Below, piece after piece: positions 19,375 to 28,593 of a DNA stretch of 64,000 bases. Each line of letters opens with the position of its first letter. The stretch's first letter is position 1. Source of the stretch: Escherichia phage vB_EcoM-P3322; sequence record PV191315.1. One strand, 5' to 3'. Under the pieces are notes generated by a model. The model was given only the letters and a program-made list of their open reading frames with translations, was not told the DNA's origin and searched no databases. The position numbers and the translations under genes were made by a program.

Positions 19375-19809
19375 ATGTTACAAGTTCCTGCTAAGTTTGT
19401 TGAAGGCGCTATCCACTCTTACCGTCAAACATGTAAGAGGGCAAGAAACTGTTTAGATGGTCTGGTGGCAAAAACCTATACTGTTGAAAAGAAGAAACGT
19501 TGGTTTGGCAAAGATGTTTACGAAGTTAATATTTTTGGTGAACATAAACTAAACCACGATACTCCTGAAAACATGTTAGAAATATTTCTAAGAGATGACA
19601 AAATATCTCCTATGGATTACCAACTTTTAAAATTTTATGATTCTTCTTTGGCTATTGATAAGTTTGTTGAAGATATTCTATCTAGAAAAACAGATAAAAA
19701 CACTTATCCTCTAGAAGCTGATCAAATAGGATTATTAAACGAGATTTCATCCTTTAAAGAGTTGGATAATATTACAAAAGAGGAGATTTTAGATGGCATT
19801 AGATTATGA
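19375..19809 (+). CDS. hypothetical protein
   Basis: RBS AGGAG. Confidence 0.6.
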   Translation: MLQVPAKFVEGAIHSYRQTCKRARNCLDGLVAKTYTVEKKKRWFGKDVYEVNIFGEHKLNHDTPENMLEIFLRDDKISPMDYQLLKFYDSSLAIDKFVEDILSRKTDKNTYPLEADQIGLLNEISSFKELDNITKEEILDGIRL

Positions 19810-20302
19810 TCGCCCAACGAGCGATTATTATCCGACACCGCAAAAAGCAATCAATAGTTTGTTTAGTGTTATAGATTTCAAAAATCTAAAGGAAGAAGGT
19901 TGGGTTTTTGCAGAACCTTGCAGAGGTGAAGCTGAAGCGATTTATCGCCATTTTCCTGAAGGTTCAGAATATTGCGAACTTGAAGAAGGTAAAGATTATT
20001 TTAGTCATGAATGGGAAAATCGTCCCGACATTATAATCACAAATCCTCCATTTAAGTTAGCAATGGAGTTCTTGGAAAAGAGCTTAAAAGAGGCGGATGT
20101 TTGTATTTATCTTCTTCGGTTGGGCTTCTTGGAGTCAAAGAAACGACGAGAGTTCCATCAAAAGAATCCACCAACAAACCTTATAGTCCTTTCAGAACGG
20201 CCTTCGTTTGTTGCAGGTGGAACAGATAAGACAGCATACGCTTGGTATGTATACGACCCAAAGAATCGTTTGGGCCTCTCTCAACCATTTTATTTTGTTT
20301 AA
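19793..20302 (+). CDS. putative small DNA N6-adenine methyltransferase
   Basis: NPPF catalytic-type motif and upstream YYPTP motif. Confidence 0.45.
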   Translation: MALDYDRPTSDYYPTPQKAINSLFSVIDFKNLKEEGWVFAEPCRGEAEAIYRHFPEGSEYCELEEGKDYFSHEWENRPDIIITNPPFKLAMEFLEKSLKEADVCIYLLRLGFLESKKRREFHQKNPPTNLIVLSERPSFVAGGTDKTAYAWYVYDPKNRLGLSQPFYFV

Positions 20303-20314
20303 GGAGTGTGAACT

Positions 20315-20551
20315 ATGGGTAAACTAATTATGACAGTGGCTATTGATTTTGATGAAGTAGATGAAAGCCTCAACCTTTCACTTTCTACTGACGTAGATGG
20401 CGAAATGGATAATATTGAAGCAGCTACTGCTCTTTTCTTCAAAAAAGCCATTGAAGTTTATGCCGAACATGCTGCAAATCAGGCAGTAGATTACGGTGGT
20501 ATCGTGCGAGCTTTAGTTCACTCTACCGAGGGCAATGACTGGGAAGATTAA
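20315..20551 (+). CDS. hypothetical acidic protein
   Basis: RBS AAGGAG. Confidence 0.5.
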   Translation: MGKLIMTVAIDFDEVDESLNLSLSTDVDGEMDNIEAATALFFKKAIEVYAEHAANQAVDYGGIVRALVHSTEGNDWED

Positions 20552-20754
20552 TGGCTTACAATTATTACTGCATTTATGCACATGAAAAGAAAAAAGGTGA
20601 CACTGGGACTAACGTTTATGCGGAGTCCGAATCTCATGCAAAAGAGATTGGTGCTATCCTTTTATCACGCTGGACTGGAAATAATTACAGTGCAGAAGAT
20701 ATGTTTGCAGAAGTGGATTCTAGAATCCAAGAAGACAACATAACAACTACGTGA
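20551..20754 (+). CDS. hypothetical protein
   Basis: ATG overlaps upstream stop. Confidence 0.5.
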   Translation: MAYNYYCIYAHEKKKGDTGTNVYAESESHAKEIGAILLSRWTGNNYSAEDMFAEVDSRIQEDNITTT

Positions 20755-20763
20755 TATACTTAT

Positions 20764-20790
20764 ACTCCCTTTTCGGAGGGAGTATTTTAA
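20764..20790 (+). terminator. stem-loop terminator
   Basis: actccct-tttcgg-agggagt then attttaa. Confidence 0.6.
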
Positions 20791-20799
20791 GGAGGGATT

Positions 20800-20994
20800 A
20801 TGCAGAGCGGAGAAGAACTTTTAGAGAAACAATTCTCAACGCGTCAACAAGCTTTAAGTTATATGGTTTTTCTAAGCAATCTTGATGTGAATGAGATACT
20901 TTTACGGCGCGAAGGTAATTTCTGGAGCGTTAAATATCATGCAACAAGGTCTGTAATCTACCTGGAAGAGGCGGAATTCTCTTTGGTAGAATGA
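20800..20994 (+). CDS. hypothetical protein
   Basis: RBS AAGGAGGG. Confidence 0.5.
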   Translation: MQSGEELLEKQFSTRQQALSYMVFLSNLDVNEILLRREGNFWSVKYHATRSVIYLEEAEFSLVE

Positions 20995-21008
20995 TCCGAG
21001 GAGTAGTT

Positions 21009-21581
21009 ATGCGTTCAACTTTCACTGGCAAAATAAATGCTGGTTTGATTTTTACAGCAGTAAGCATTCTTAGCAAAAAGTTTAAAGTTGTTAACTTACC
21101 TGTGTGTGTCGATTTCGATCATGTTTTTGATCCTTCGAACCCCACTCGTTGCATAGTAAGGAGTAATGTTGAAAACCCAACAGAAAATCTTTTTTATGTA
21201 ACAAAACCATCTCAAAGCATACTTAACCAGGTTGAGGCGAAATTGATACCTAACGGTAAATATTACTCCTTTTTACCTTGTAAGTCGGTTGAAGTAGAGA
21301 ATAGCAATACTTTCGCTAATAACTTGTCTGTATTCGTTTTCTTTGTTTCACAGGAAGACGAAACAGATGAAATGGTAGCAACAGTGAGATCACTTTATGA
21401 CTCTTTAGGGGTTGTTTATAGTCAACAAGTGTGCGAAAATAATAAAGCCTGTGTAGATTTCATTATCAACGGTATTTGTGTTTGTAGAGTAGAATCTTTT
21501 TGGCTGCACGATACATATGTGACTGTAGCAGAGGTTATATCTGAACCAAGATTTAGTCATGCGGTTTCGTTAATAATTTGA
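21009..21581 (+). CDS. hypothetical protein
   Basis: ATG 21009 after GAGGAG. Confidence 0.55.
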   Translation: MRSTFTGKINAGLIFTAVSILSKKFKVVNLPVCVDFDHVFDPSNPTRCIVRSNVENPTENLFYVTKPSQSILNQVEAKLIPNGKYYSFLPCKSVEVENSNTFANNLSVFVFFVSQEDETDEMVATVRSLYDSLGVVYSQQVCENNKACVDFIINGICVCRVESFWLHDTYVTVAEVISEPRFSHAVSLII

Positions 21582-21591
21582 GGAGGAAGGA

Positions 21592-21921
21592 ATGGAAATT
21601 ACTACAGAACAAGCCCTTATCGACGAGGGTCGTAAAATCTTAGAAAAGTATTTAGGGGAGATTCATAAAACCCCTGGCTATTTGGGTTGGAGAATTGTTG
21701 AAGCTGTAGATTTCCTTCCTCGTAACAGTAAAAACGTCGAAATGCGATCTCTTTTCTTATTAGTAAAGGTGGATGGGGATACGCCTTTTAAAGATGCCGC
21801 AGAACATATTGAAAAAGTTGAAGAGAAAGCTTATGCAGAATTTGCCGATCTTGTTTTAGAACAAGAGATTGAAGGAAAGGTGAATATTTTTATTTTCTTA
21901 GATTTTGAGGAGGATAAGTGA
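21592..21921 (+). CDS. hypothetical protein
   Basis: RBS GAGGAGGAAGG. Confidence 0.55.
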   Translation: MEITTEQALIDEGRKILEKYLGEIHKTPGYLGWRIVEAVDFLPRNSKNVEMRSLFLLVKVDGDTPFKDAAEHIEKVEEKAYAEFADLVLEQEIEGKVNIFIFLDFEEDK

Positions 21922-22661
21922 TCATACACAGAGAAATTACTGTTAAAAGCGATCAAGATCTTTTTATAATTGGAGATCTACACGGTTGTTATAATTTGTA
22001 TGAAAAAGGAAAGGCAAAGTTAGGTATCCGAGATACAGATGTGGTTGTATCTCTAGGAGATCTTACTGACCGTGGAAAGCAAAACTTTCGTTGTGTTTTA
22101 GAATTTACTCGTAAACACAATCGCTACGCTATTCGTGGCAATCATGAAGACATGATGATTAAAGGTATGCTGGAAGGAGATCGTAGCTACTACGAGTGTT
22201 GGTATCAAAATGGAGGATATACGGTCTTTGAAGAATGTGGTGAAGAAGGAGCTACAGCCTTAGCAATGATGACAGAAGATTTACCTGTTGTTCTCATTGT
22301 TAACTACAGAGGCATGAAACTTGCGTTTATTCATGGTGGGTATCCATCTTCTTTGGAATATCTCCCTGTAACAGATATTCCAGAATACATTTCGAAGATG
22401 ACAAAAACACAGGAAAACCGTTTTGCTGAAGCACTTATGTGGGACAGAGATATGGTAGACTGTGCTAAAGAGGGAATGAAACTTCCTGTTGTGATGGGTG
22501 TGGATTATGTGTTTCATGGACACTCTTATGTAAAAACACCTATTATCAATGCGAATCGTGTTTATATGGATACTGGATCTGTGTTCAATAATAACTTAAC
22601 ATTTGCTTATTTCGATATGGACGGTGGTCTTCAATTTTATTCAACTCTTGAGGAGGATTAA
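21918..22661 (+). CDS. Ser/Thr protein phosphatase (calcineurin-like metallophosphoesterase)
   Basis: GDLHG, GDLTDRG, GNHE motifs. Confidence 0.8.
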   Translation: MIIHREITVKSDQDLFIIGDLHGCYNLYEKGKAKLGIRDTDVVVSLGDLTDRGKQNFRCVLEFTRKHNRYAIRGNHEDMMIKGMLEGDRSYYECWYQNGGYTVFEECGEEGATALAMMTEDLPVVLIVNYRGMKLAFIHGGYPSSLEYLPVTDIPEYISKMTKTQENRFAEALMWDRDMVDCAKEGMKLPVVMGVDYVFHGHSYVKTPIINANRVYMDTGSVFNNNLTFAYFDMDGGLQFYSTLEED

Positions 22662-22969
22662 TGTATAAGATTACAATTATTCAAAGTGTAGGTAATATCC
22701 GTAAAGAAGTTATCTTAGAAACAGAAGATGTTAATCTTGTTCGTGAGATTGTTCTTAAGGAAGATAACCTGCAAGCTGTAGAATCAGATGCACCGAATCT
22801 TATGGTGGATCAAGAATATTCTGAACTTCGTCGTATTTTTGAAGAGATTCAGAAGAAAGAAACACAACCTACCATAAAACCTTTTGGTCCTTATGATCCG
22901 AGCAATCCTAGCAGTCCTTGGATCATGAGAAATACGGAACCCTATACACCTTTTGAAATTACTTGTTGA
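22661..22969 (+). CDS. hypothetical protein
   Basis: RBS GAGGAGG; ATG overlaps stop. Confidence 0.55.
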   Translation: MYKITIIQSVGNIRKEVILETEDVNLVREIVLKEDNLQAVESDAPNLMVDQEYSELRRIFEEIQKKETQPTIKPFGPYDPSNPSSPWIMRNTEPYTPFEITC

Positions 22970-22976
22970 GGTGATT

Positions 22977-23558
22977 ATGGCAGAACTGTTCTATACGGGA
23001 GTTGGAAGTAGGGACATATCTGAAGAAGAGTGGGCTTTGATGGTAGGCATAGGGAAATGGCTTTCAAACCTTGGGTTTAAATTACGGTCTGGGAAGGCAG
23101 AGGGTAGTGATTCTGCTTTTGAAACAGGTGTCCAAGAGTCTGAAAATCCTACTAACAAGGAGATTTATGTTCCTTGGGAAAATTTCAAAGGTAATCAGAT
23201 TCCAGGTGATGTTATTGTTCTTGCAAAACCAGATACAATGAACTATGCTATCTCTGTGCAATGGATCAAAGATGTTCACCCAGCTTATGAAAAGCTTAAG
23301 CAGGGTGCTAGAAAATTGCACCAACGTAATGTGCATCAAGTGTTAGGCAGAGATTTGGAGAATCCTGCTCCATCATGTTTCTTGTTGGCTTGTGCTAATA
23401 CTGATAAATATGGAGATGCAAAAGGTGGAACAGCTACGGCTTGGAAGATAGCTAAAGCCAATAATGTTCCTTGTTTAAACATTCGTGGGAAAACAAAACA
23501 AGAGATTTACGATTTTCTACGACCTTTGGTAATGAGGGCGATAACAAGTGATTCCTAG
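22977..23558 (+). CDS. DprA/SLOG-like Rossmann-fold protein
   Basis: GVGSRDIS...G..L..LGFKLRSGKAEGSDSA resembles DprA/LOG core; ATG 22977 after GAGGTGA. Confidence 0.45.
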   Translation: MAELFYTGVGSRDISEEEWALMVGIGKWLSNLGFKLRSGKAEGSDSAFETGVQESENPTNKEIYVPWENFKGNQIPGDVIVLAKPDTMNYAISVQWIKDVHPAYEKLKQGARKLHQRNVHQVLGRDLENPAPSCFLLACANTDKYGDAKGGTATAWKIAKANNVPCLNIRGKTKQEIYDFLRPLVMRAITSDS

Positions 23559-24060
23559 ACGTAAACGTGGTGAACAAAGAACAAACTTGGCAGAAATCTT
23601 AGATTACAACATGGTTAATGATGTGACAAAAGAAATTCTGCCTGTTGTAGAAGATATTCTTCGTAGAGGGTTACGATTCTGCTCGGATCGGGTGCATTTC
23701 ATGTGGACACATAAAAGTGACTCCGCTTTGAATTTCTATCCTTTGGACTATACTCTGAACAATACAGAGATGAAAGATATCAACAAATATTTAATGGGAT
23801 ATAAAGATATAACCGAAACTGTTCTTGGAGAATTGGCAGAAATCTTGGCTAACGATATCCTTAGAAATATTAATAAGGCTCTTGACAGAAGCCCAGCAGG
23901 AGTAGTAATATCTTTTGCTGTGCCAGATATGGTTAAATATGAGTCTACAATACCTAATAAAGCTTATGCCTTTCTTCGGAGAGACGTTCGTGGAAATGTG
24001 TTGGAGATGGAGTCAAACTACAAGATTGAGGAGGTTTTATGGCAGAGTTCGGATCAGTAA
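23548..24060 (+). CDS. hypothetical protein
   Basis: Track ORF; start uncertain (ATG 23608 alternative). Confidence 0.5.
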   Translation: MIPRRKRGEQRTNLAEILDYNMVNDVTKEILPVVEDILRRGLRFCSDRVHFMWTHKSDSALNFYPLDYTLNNTEMKDINKYLMGYKDITETVLGELAEILANDILRNINKALDRSPAGVVISFAVPDMVKYESTIPNKAYAFLRRDVRGNVLEMESNYKIEEVLWQSSDQ

Positions 24061-24329
24061 CAAGTTTTGAAAGTAACTTCGTTACCGCTTGGGAAGCTTG
24101 GGATGAAATGGGTGTTGGGGAACTTTATTTTTACAATGTAACACTACGCCCAGAATATGCTTACCTGGTACCAGAAGGAACAGTTCAAATTGGCATGTAT
24201 TTGTCTTCTCAAGACGGTGTTGTTCAATTTGAGTTTTATTCTAACACAACGGACAACGAATTTACATACCGCGCATTTCATGTCAACATGTCTTTAGGAG
24301 AGGAGAAATTTTATGACGACCAAGTTTAA
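24039..24329 (+). CDS. hypothetical protein
   Basis: RBS GAGGAGG. Confidence 0.5.
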   Translation: MAEFGSVTSFESNFVTAWEAWDEMGVGELYFYNVTLRPEYAYLVPEGTVQIGMYLSSQDGVVQFEFYSNTTDNEFTYRAFHVNMSLGEEKFYDDQV

Positions 24330-24510
24330 AACAGTAGAAGAAGCCGTAAAAGCAGCTTATGAGGCTTTAGCGGAAGCAGAGCAGTTAGCAGACGAGACTG
24401 GTGAAGGTTTCAGTTTCTCCCCTGAATATGGGATGGGTGGTTATTATGATCCAGAAGATGAAAATGAGAATACTGGAACAAATTGGCATCCATCTTCTTT
24501 AAGTTGTTAA
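24313..24510 (+). CDS. small acidic protein, C-terminal W-x-SS-x-C motif family
   Basis: RBS GGAGAGGAG; C-terminus NWHPSSLSC. Confidence 0.5.
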   Translation: MTTKFKTVEEAVKAAYEALAEAEQLADETGEGFSFSPEYGMGGYYDPEDENENTGTNWHPSSLSC

Positions 24511-24521
24511 TAGGAGGTAAA

Positions 24522-24791
24522 GTGGGAATCGAAGATATCAAAGGTTATAAACCGCATACCGATGACAAAATTGGTAAAGTGAATGCTATTAAAGATGCTG
24601 AAGTTCGATTAGGATTAATCTTTGATGCTCTAATGTCTGAATTGTGGGCTGAACTGGATGATTGTGAAGATTTGGAAGAGTCTACCAATATATCCACCCG
24701 CCTTGACCAAATTTCAATAGCAAAGACTAAGTTGAAAGAAGCTTCTATGTGGGCCTGTCGTTCCGTTTTCCAACCAGAGGAGAAATACTAA
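24522..24791 (+). CDS. hypothetical protein
   Basis: GTG 24522 after TAGGAGG; track start 24483 lacks RBS. Confidence 0.45.
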   Translation: MGIEDIKGYKPHTDDKIGKVNAIKDAEVRLGLIFDALMSELWAELDDCEDLEESTNISTRLDQISIAKTKLKEASMWACRSVFQPEEKY

Positions 24792-25009
24792 TGAGTTATC
24801 GTAATGTTGAAGAATTAACTGAAAAAGCCCAAGCTATTATGGCTTTGGTGGACGAACTTACAAAAGAAGCTGAAGATGCTGGTTTTGGTCTTAGTTTAGA
24901 AGATGACGCAATCTGTTTTGAAGATTGGCAATCCTCTTCTTGTTATGGTGAAGGTGATGATGGTTTCGTTGTTAATTCTCAAGGCGTTTGGCACAGTAGT
25001 AGCTGTTAA
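24791..25009 (+). CDS. small acidic protein, C-terminal W-x-SS-x-C motif family
   Basis: RBS AGAGGAG; C-terminus GVWHSSSC. Confidence 0.5.
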   Translation: MSYRNVEELTEKAQAIMALVDELTKEAEDAGFGLSLEDDAICFEDWQSSSCYGEGDDGFVVNSQGVWHSSSC

Positions 25010-25018
25010 GGAGAGATT

Positions 25019-25291
25019 GTGGAGTCTGAAGGCGAACTGCTGATAAAAAAGAAAGTTAAAGAGATGGAACAAGCACAAAGAAAGTTTCGTAAGGAAATTG
25101 AAGAACTTTGTGAACAGTTTCAGGAACAAGCTTGGATAGGTGACTACGGTAACGGAGAAACTTATTACCCTACAGGAACGCCAGCCGCAGATCACTATAT
25201 TGATTTCATTTGTGAAGATTATGGTGTAGAGTTGGATGAAAATGGTTTAACCACAAGAGGTGTTTGGATCTCTTCTTCCTCAATGTGTTAG
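25019..25291 (+). CDS. small acidic protein, C-terminal W-x-SS-x-C motif family
   Basis: RBS AAGGAGAG; C-terminus GVWISSSSMC. Confidence 0.5.
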   Translation: MESEGELLIKKKVKEMEQAQRKFRKEIEELCEQFQEQAWIGDYGNGETYYPTGTPAADHYIDFICEDYGVELDENGLTTRGVWISSSSMC

Positions 25292-25299
25292 TAAATAAT

Positions 25300-25322
25300 A
25301 ACCCGCTTCGGCGGGTTTTTTA
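25300..25322 (+). terminator. rho-independent terminator
   Basis: aacccgc-ttcg-gcgggtt then tttttt. Confidence 0.7.
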
Positions 25323-25351
25323 TTGACAGGAATCTGGAAGCTTGATAAACT
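25323..25351 (+). promoter_or_regulatory. sigma70-like promoter
   Basis: TTGACA-17nt-TAAACT. Confidence 0.6.
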
Positions 25352-25381
25352 TAACCTATCAACCAATAGAGGAGAAATATT

Positions 25382-26323
25382 ATGGTGTTAATTGGTAGCC
25401 GTGCATTACAAATTCATGCTATGGACATGGGAAAAGACTTGTATCGCCCTTGTGTAGATTTAGATTACCTGTGTACAGAACAAGAGTGGGAAGAATTATC
25501 AAAAATGTTCTCTCAAGACGAGTTTGTTGAACTTGTAGAACGTAAAGGGAACAAAGGCCATGTCAAAATGATAGCTGGTGCACATTTGGAATACGATATT
25601 GCTTCTCAAGGAGATAGCACAGAAGCTTTGATTAGTTATTGTGAAGATTCTGATGATGTTCGTCGAACTTACGCTGGACATGTTGTTGCTCCTTTAGATG
25701 TGCTCTACCTTCTTAAAATGAGTCATCGTTTTAAAAAGGATAGTCCTCACTTCTTTAAAACTATGAAAGATATTCATTTCATGCGGTCACTGGGCGCAAA
25801 GATCCCAGAAAATCTTAAGAGTATTTATGAGTTGCGTGAGAAAGAAACATACACTTACTCTCATCCTAACTTAAACGTAAAAAGTAAAGAGTTCTTTAAA
25901 GGTGACGAGGTTCCGTATGTTTATGATCATGATTCTATCCATGAAGCAATCGCGTTAATGGATGCTCCAGCATATAAATCTTATATGAAAGATGGAAGTG
26001 AAGTTATGACCAGCAAAGAAAAGTTTTTTGCTCAACCAAAACATGTGCGCCTGTTAGGTGTTTATGAAGAAGCGTGTGTTTTGGCTTTGGAACGTTCACA
26101 AATTCCTTTCGGTGGAGAGATCGGAGGTCCAACCCCTAAGCAAAGTTTTATAATGGCTTTATCTAAAGTCTGCACATCCATCACTAGTGGTTGGTTTAGG
26201 GAATATGCTTGGGAAAACTTTTATGTTGTTATTAAGCTATATGAAAACATGGGCGAAAACGACTATGTTGAACGTTTTAAAGCTAATCAACATGTAGTAA
26301 AGCCTTTTGAAGGAGGTTATTAA
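25382..26323 (+). CDS. hypothetical protein (possible Pol-beta-type nucleotidyltransferase fold)
   Basis: RBS AGAGGAG; N-terminal IGSRA...DLD pattern, weak. Confidence 0.55.
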   Translation: MVLIGSRALQIHAMDMGKDLYRPCVDLDYLCTEQEWEELSKMFSQDEFVELVERKGNKGHVKMIAGAHLEYDIASQGDSTEALISYCEDSDDVRRTYAGHVVAPLDVLYLLKMSHRFKKDSPHFFKTMKDIHFMRSLGAKIPENLKSIYELREKETYTYSHPNLNVKSKEFFKGDEVPYVYDHDSIHEAIALMDAPAYKSYMKDGSEVMTSKEKFFAQPKHVRLLGVYEEACVLALERSQIPFGGEIGGPTPKQSFIMALSKVCTSITSGWFREYAWENFYVVIKLYENMGENDYVERFKANQHVVKPFEGGY

Positions 26324-26324
26324 T

Positions 26325-26720
26325 ATGTGTGGATATCTTTCAGAAAGTTATTTCAAAGTGACGCATGAGGATTTAGAAAAAGCACGATTGAAACTGACAG
26401 CTATTATTGAATACTCTAATACTGTTGAACACAGATTAAAGACTACTAAAGTATCTGTTCCTTGTTGGTTAGGTTTACGGCATAAAATAATGTCTCAACA
26501 TGACCATGTTGTTCGAGAGATGCATGGTTGGTGTTGGTTTCACGATGTGGCTCTGCATTTTGGTTATATTACAGAAGAAGAGCATAGATTCTGTGAACTA
26601 ACATATCGTATTCCAACCCTTCACGATTTAGATTTGTGGAAGAAAGCAAACGAGATTTTTCTTACAGAAAGTGATTGGCGTAAAGTTATGGCTTGTCTTG
26701 AATGGAGGGGTAATGAGTAA
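26325..26720 (+). CDS. hypothetical protein
   Basis: ATG 26325 after GAAGGAGG. Confidence 0.5.
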   Translation: MCGYLSESYFKVTHEDLEKARLKLTAIIEYSNTVEHRLKTTKVSVPCWLGLRHKIMSQHDHVVREMHGWCWFHDVALHFGYITEEEHRFCELTYRIPTLHDLDLWKKANEIFLTESDWRKVMACLEWRGNE

Positions 26721-27396
26721 AACAGTTTTGTCTATGTTTGACGGATCTGGGATCATGGTGTTACGTTATGCCGAAGCAGGTCACAAGTGTTTTTGTGTAA
26801 ACGCTGATGAAGGGGATCACGGTAAATACGAGGTTAGGATGGAGCACCCAAACATAACCTATGTGAATGCCTGGATAGATTCTACATTCAACCCTGAAGA
26901 TCATGGGATACCTAAACCCGATATTATTTTTGGATTTCCACCTTGCACTATGTTAGCAGGTAGTGGTAGCAAACACGAACGTAGCACAGAGGAATTAGAT
27001 GAAGCTTTAGCTAATATTCGTGTAGTGGAAGCTTTGGGTAACAAATATAATGTTCCTTGGATGATTGAAAACCCAGTAGGTAAACTTTCAACCTTATGGC
27101 GTAAACCCGATTTTTACTTTGATCCTTATGAGTATGGTGGGTATTTGTTTGAAGAGGAAGGAAGCTTTCATCCTAAAATGCCTACCCGTGATGGGTATAC
27201 AAAGAAAACTTGTATTTGGCACGGCAATGGTTTTGTTCAACCAGTGAAGAAACCAGTAGATCATATAGGCTGCTTCTGGGGTTGGAAAAGCTTAGGCGGA
27301 GCTAGTGCAAAAACAAAACAACTTAGATCCCTAACCGCACGTGGTTTTGCTCGTGCCGTGTTTTTGTCTAACAATCTTCTAGATAAGGAGAAATAA
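26713..27396 (+). CDS. C5-methyltransferase-like protein (short, PPCT in place of PCQ)
   Basis: FDGSG (motif I-like), FGFPPCT (motif IV-like), ENPVG (motif VI-like); ATG 26713 after GGAGGGG. Confidence 0.5.
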   Translation: MSKTVLSMFDGSGIMVLRYAEAGHKCFCVNADEGDHGKYEVRMEHPNITYVNAWIDSTFNPEDHGIPKPDIIFGFPPCTMLAGSGSKHERSTEELDEALANIRVVEALGNKYNVPWMIENPVGKLSTLWRKPDFYFDPYEYGGYLFEEEGSFHPKMPTRDGYTKKTCIWHGNGFVQPVKKPVDHIGCFWGWKSLGGASAKTKQLRSLTARGFARAVFLSNNLLDKEK

Positions 27397-28049
27397 TGTC
27401 AAATTCAAAACCAATAGTTGCTTATCAAGTAGATCGTAATGATGGTGAAGGAAGTGTTATTATTTTCAGTACACACGGTCTTGAGGCTCGTCGAAAAGGT
27501 GCATATCGTTTAGAATGTGAGTTTGAAGACTGCACAAGCCACCGTGTCAAACAATTCGATCAATATGCTGATAAAGGCTTCGTCCCTATCAAAGCCTTAC
27601 TGGAAGATGGTTGGTGGGTATATTCTGCTTTTGATTACTCAAGACTGGAGGAGTCAGCCTCGTGCGCCTCCGAGATCGAATATGATGATTACTATGACAC
27701 TCTCTACCTTCCAGAATGGCTTGTCTTTTCTCCTGATGAAAGAAGTGTCTGGAAAACGTGGGAAGAAATGGAGAGACATGCATATAGCATCAATGAAGCT
27801 TTAGATCGTAAAGCTTGGTTTATTGAGGCAGTAAAGGCGGCATACCCCCAATTCTCATTCTGTGATTTCACTGGTGGCCCAGGATACATTACACATACAG
27901 CCTCTTTTGAGTTCCCTGGTTCACGTTATAAGGGTAATGTTTATTGGGACTGGGATGAAAATAAACAACCTTCGGCTCAAGACTTCCGTTGCTATGTTTG
28001 TCAAGGCGATCAAGAAGCCCTTGACAAATACCTACAAAGTCTGGTATAG
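27396..28049 (+). CDS. hypothetical protein
   Basis: RBS AAGGAG; ATG overlaps stop. Confidence 0.55.
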   Translation: MSNSKPIVAYQVDRNDGEGSVIIFSTHGLEARRKGAYRLECEFEDCTSHRVKQFDQYADKGFVPIKALLEDGWWVYSAFDYSRLEESASCASEIEYDDYYDTLYLPEWLVFSPDERSVWKTWEEMERHAYSINEALDRKAWFIEAVKAAYPQFSFCDFTGGPGYITHTASFEFPGSRYKGNVYWDWDENKQPSAQDFRCYVCQGDQEALDKYLQSLV

Positions 28050-28065
28050 TGCCAGCATCTGAACA

Positions 28066-28096
28066 AAGCCTCCTGTTTCAGGGGGCTTTTCTTTTA
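28066..28096 (+). terminator. stem-loop terminator
   Basis: agcctcc-tgtttca-gggggct then ttttctttt. Confidence 0.6.
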
Positions 28097-28107
28097 TAGG
28101 AGGGAAT

Positions 28108-28593
28108 ATGTTTCAAGTAAATGTCAATGTGCATAATAGTTACTCTGATTGTGAAACGTGTGGCTATAATTCATCTAATGTTATTCGTATTAGTGGCGAT
28201 TTAGGAGAAGCTTCTTTTGGAGAAGAAGCAAGTTGCTTTAGTGGTATGGATGCAGAATGGAATGATATTGCACATTGGTTAGTGAGCAAACTAAAAGAAA
28301 AAGAGAAACCATTTCCTACTCTGCTTGATCGTTCTCTTGTGGAAGATGCAGGTAAAGCATATGCAGACTATGCGTATGCAGACGGGAAATATTTGGAAGA
28401 TGATAAGGCTAACCATTTGCTTTATGTTTACTATGAAGCTGAATCTGCCTACGATAATTATTACAGCATGTCTAACATCCTACGTCTGTTTGCAGAGTTT
28501 GATATTTATTTCGAAGTAGAATTTTCAGAAGATGATACTTACGAGTACAATTCTTATGATCCATTTGAGGAGGAAGAATGCCAAGACGAGTGA
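28108..28593 (+). CDS. hypothetical acidic protein
   Basis: RBS AGGAGGG. Confidence 0.55.
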   Translation: MFQVNVNVHNSYSDCETCGYNSSNVIRISGDLGEASFGEEASCFSGMDAEWNDIAHWLVSKLKEKEKPFPTLLDRSLVEDAGKAYADYAYADGKYLEDDKANHLLYVYYEAESAYDNYYSMSNILRLFAEFDIYFEVEFSEDDTYEYNSYDPFEEEECQDE

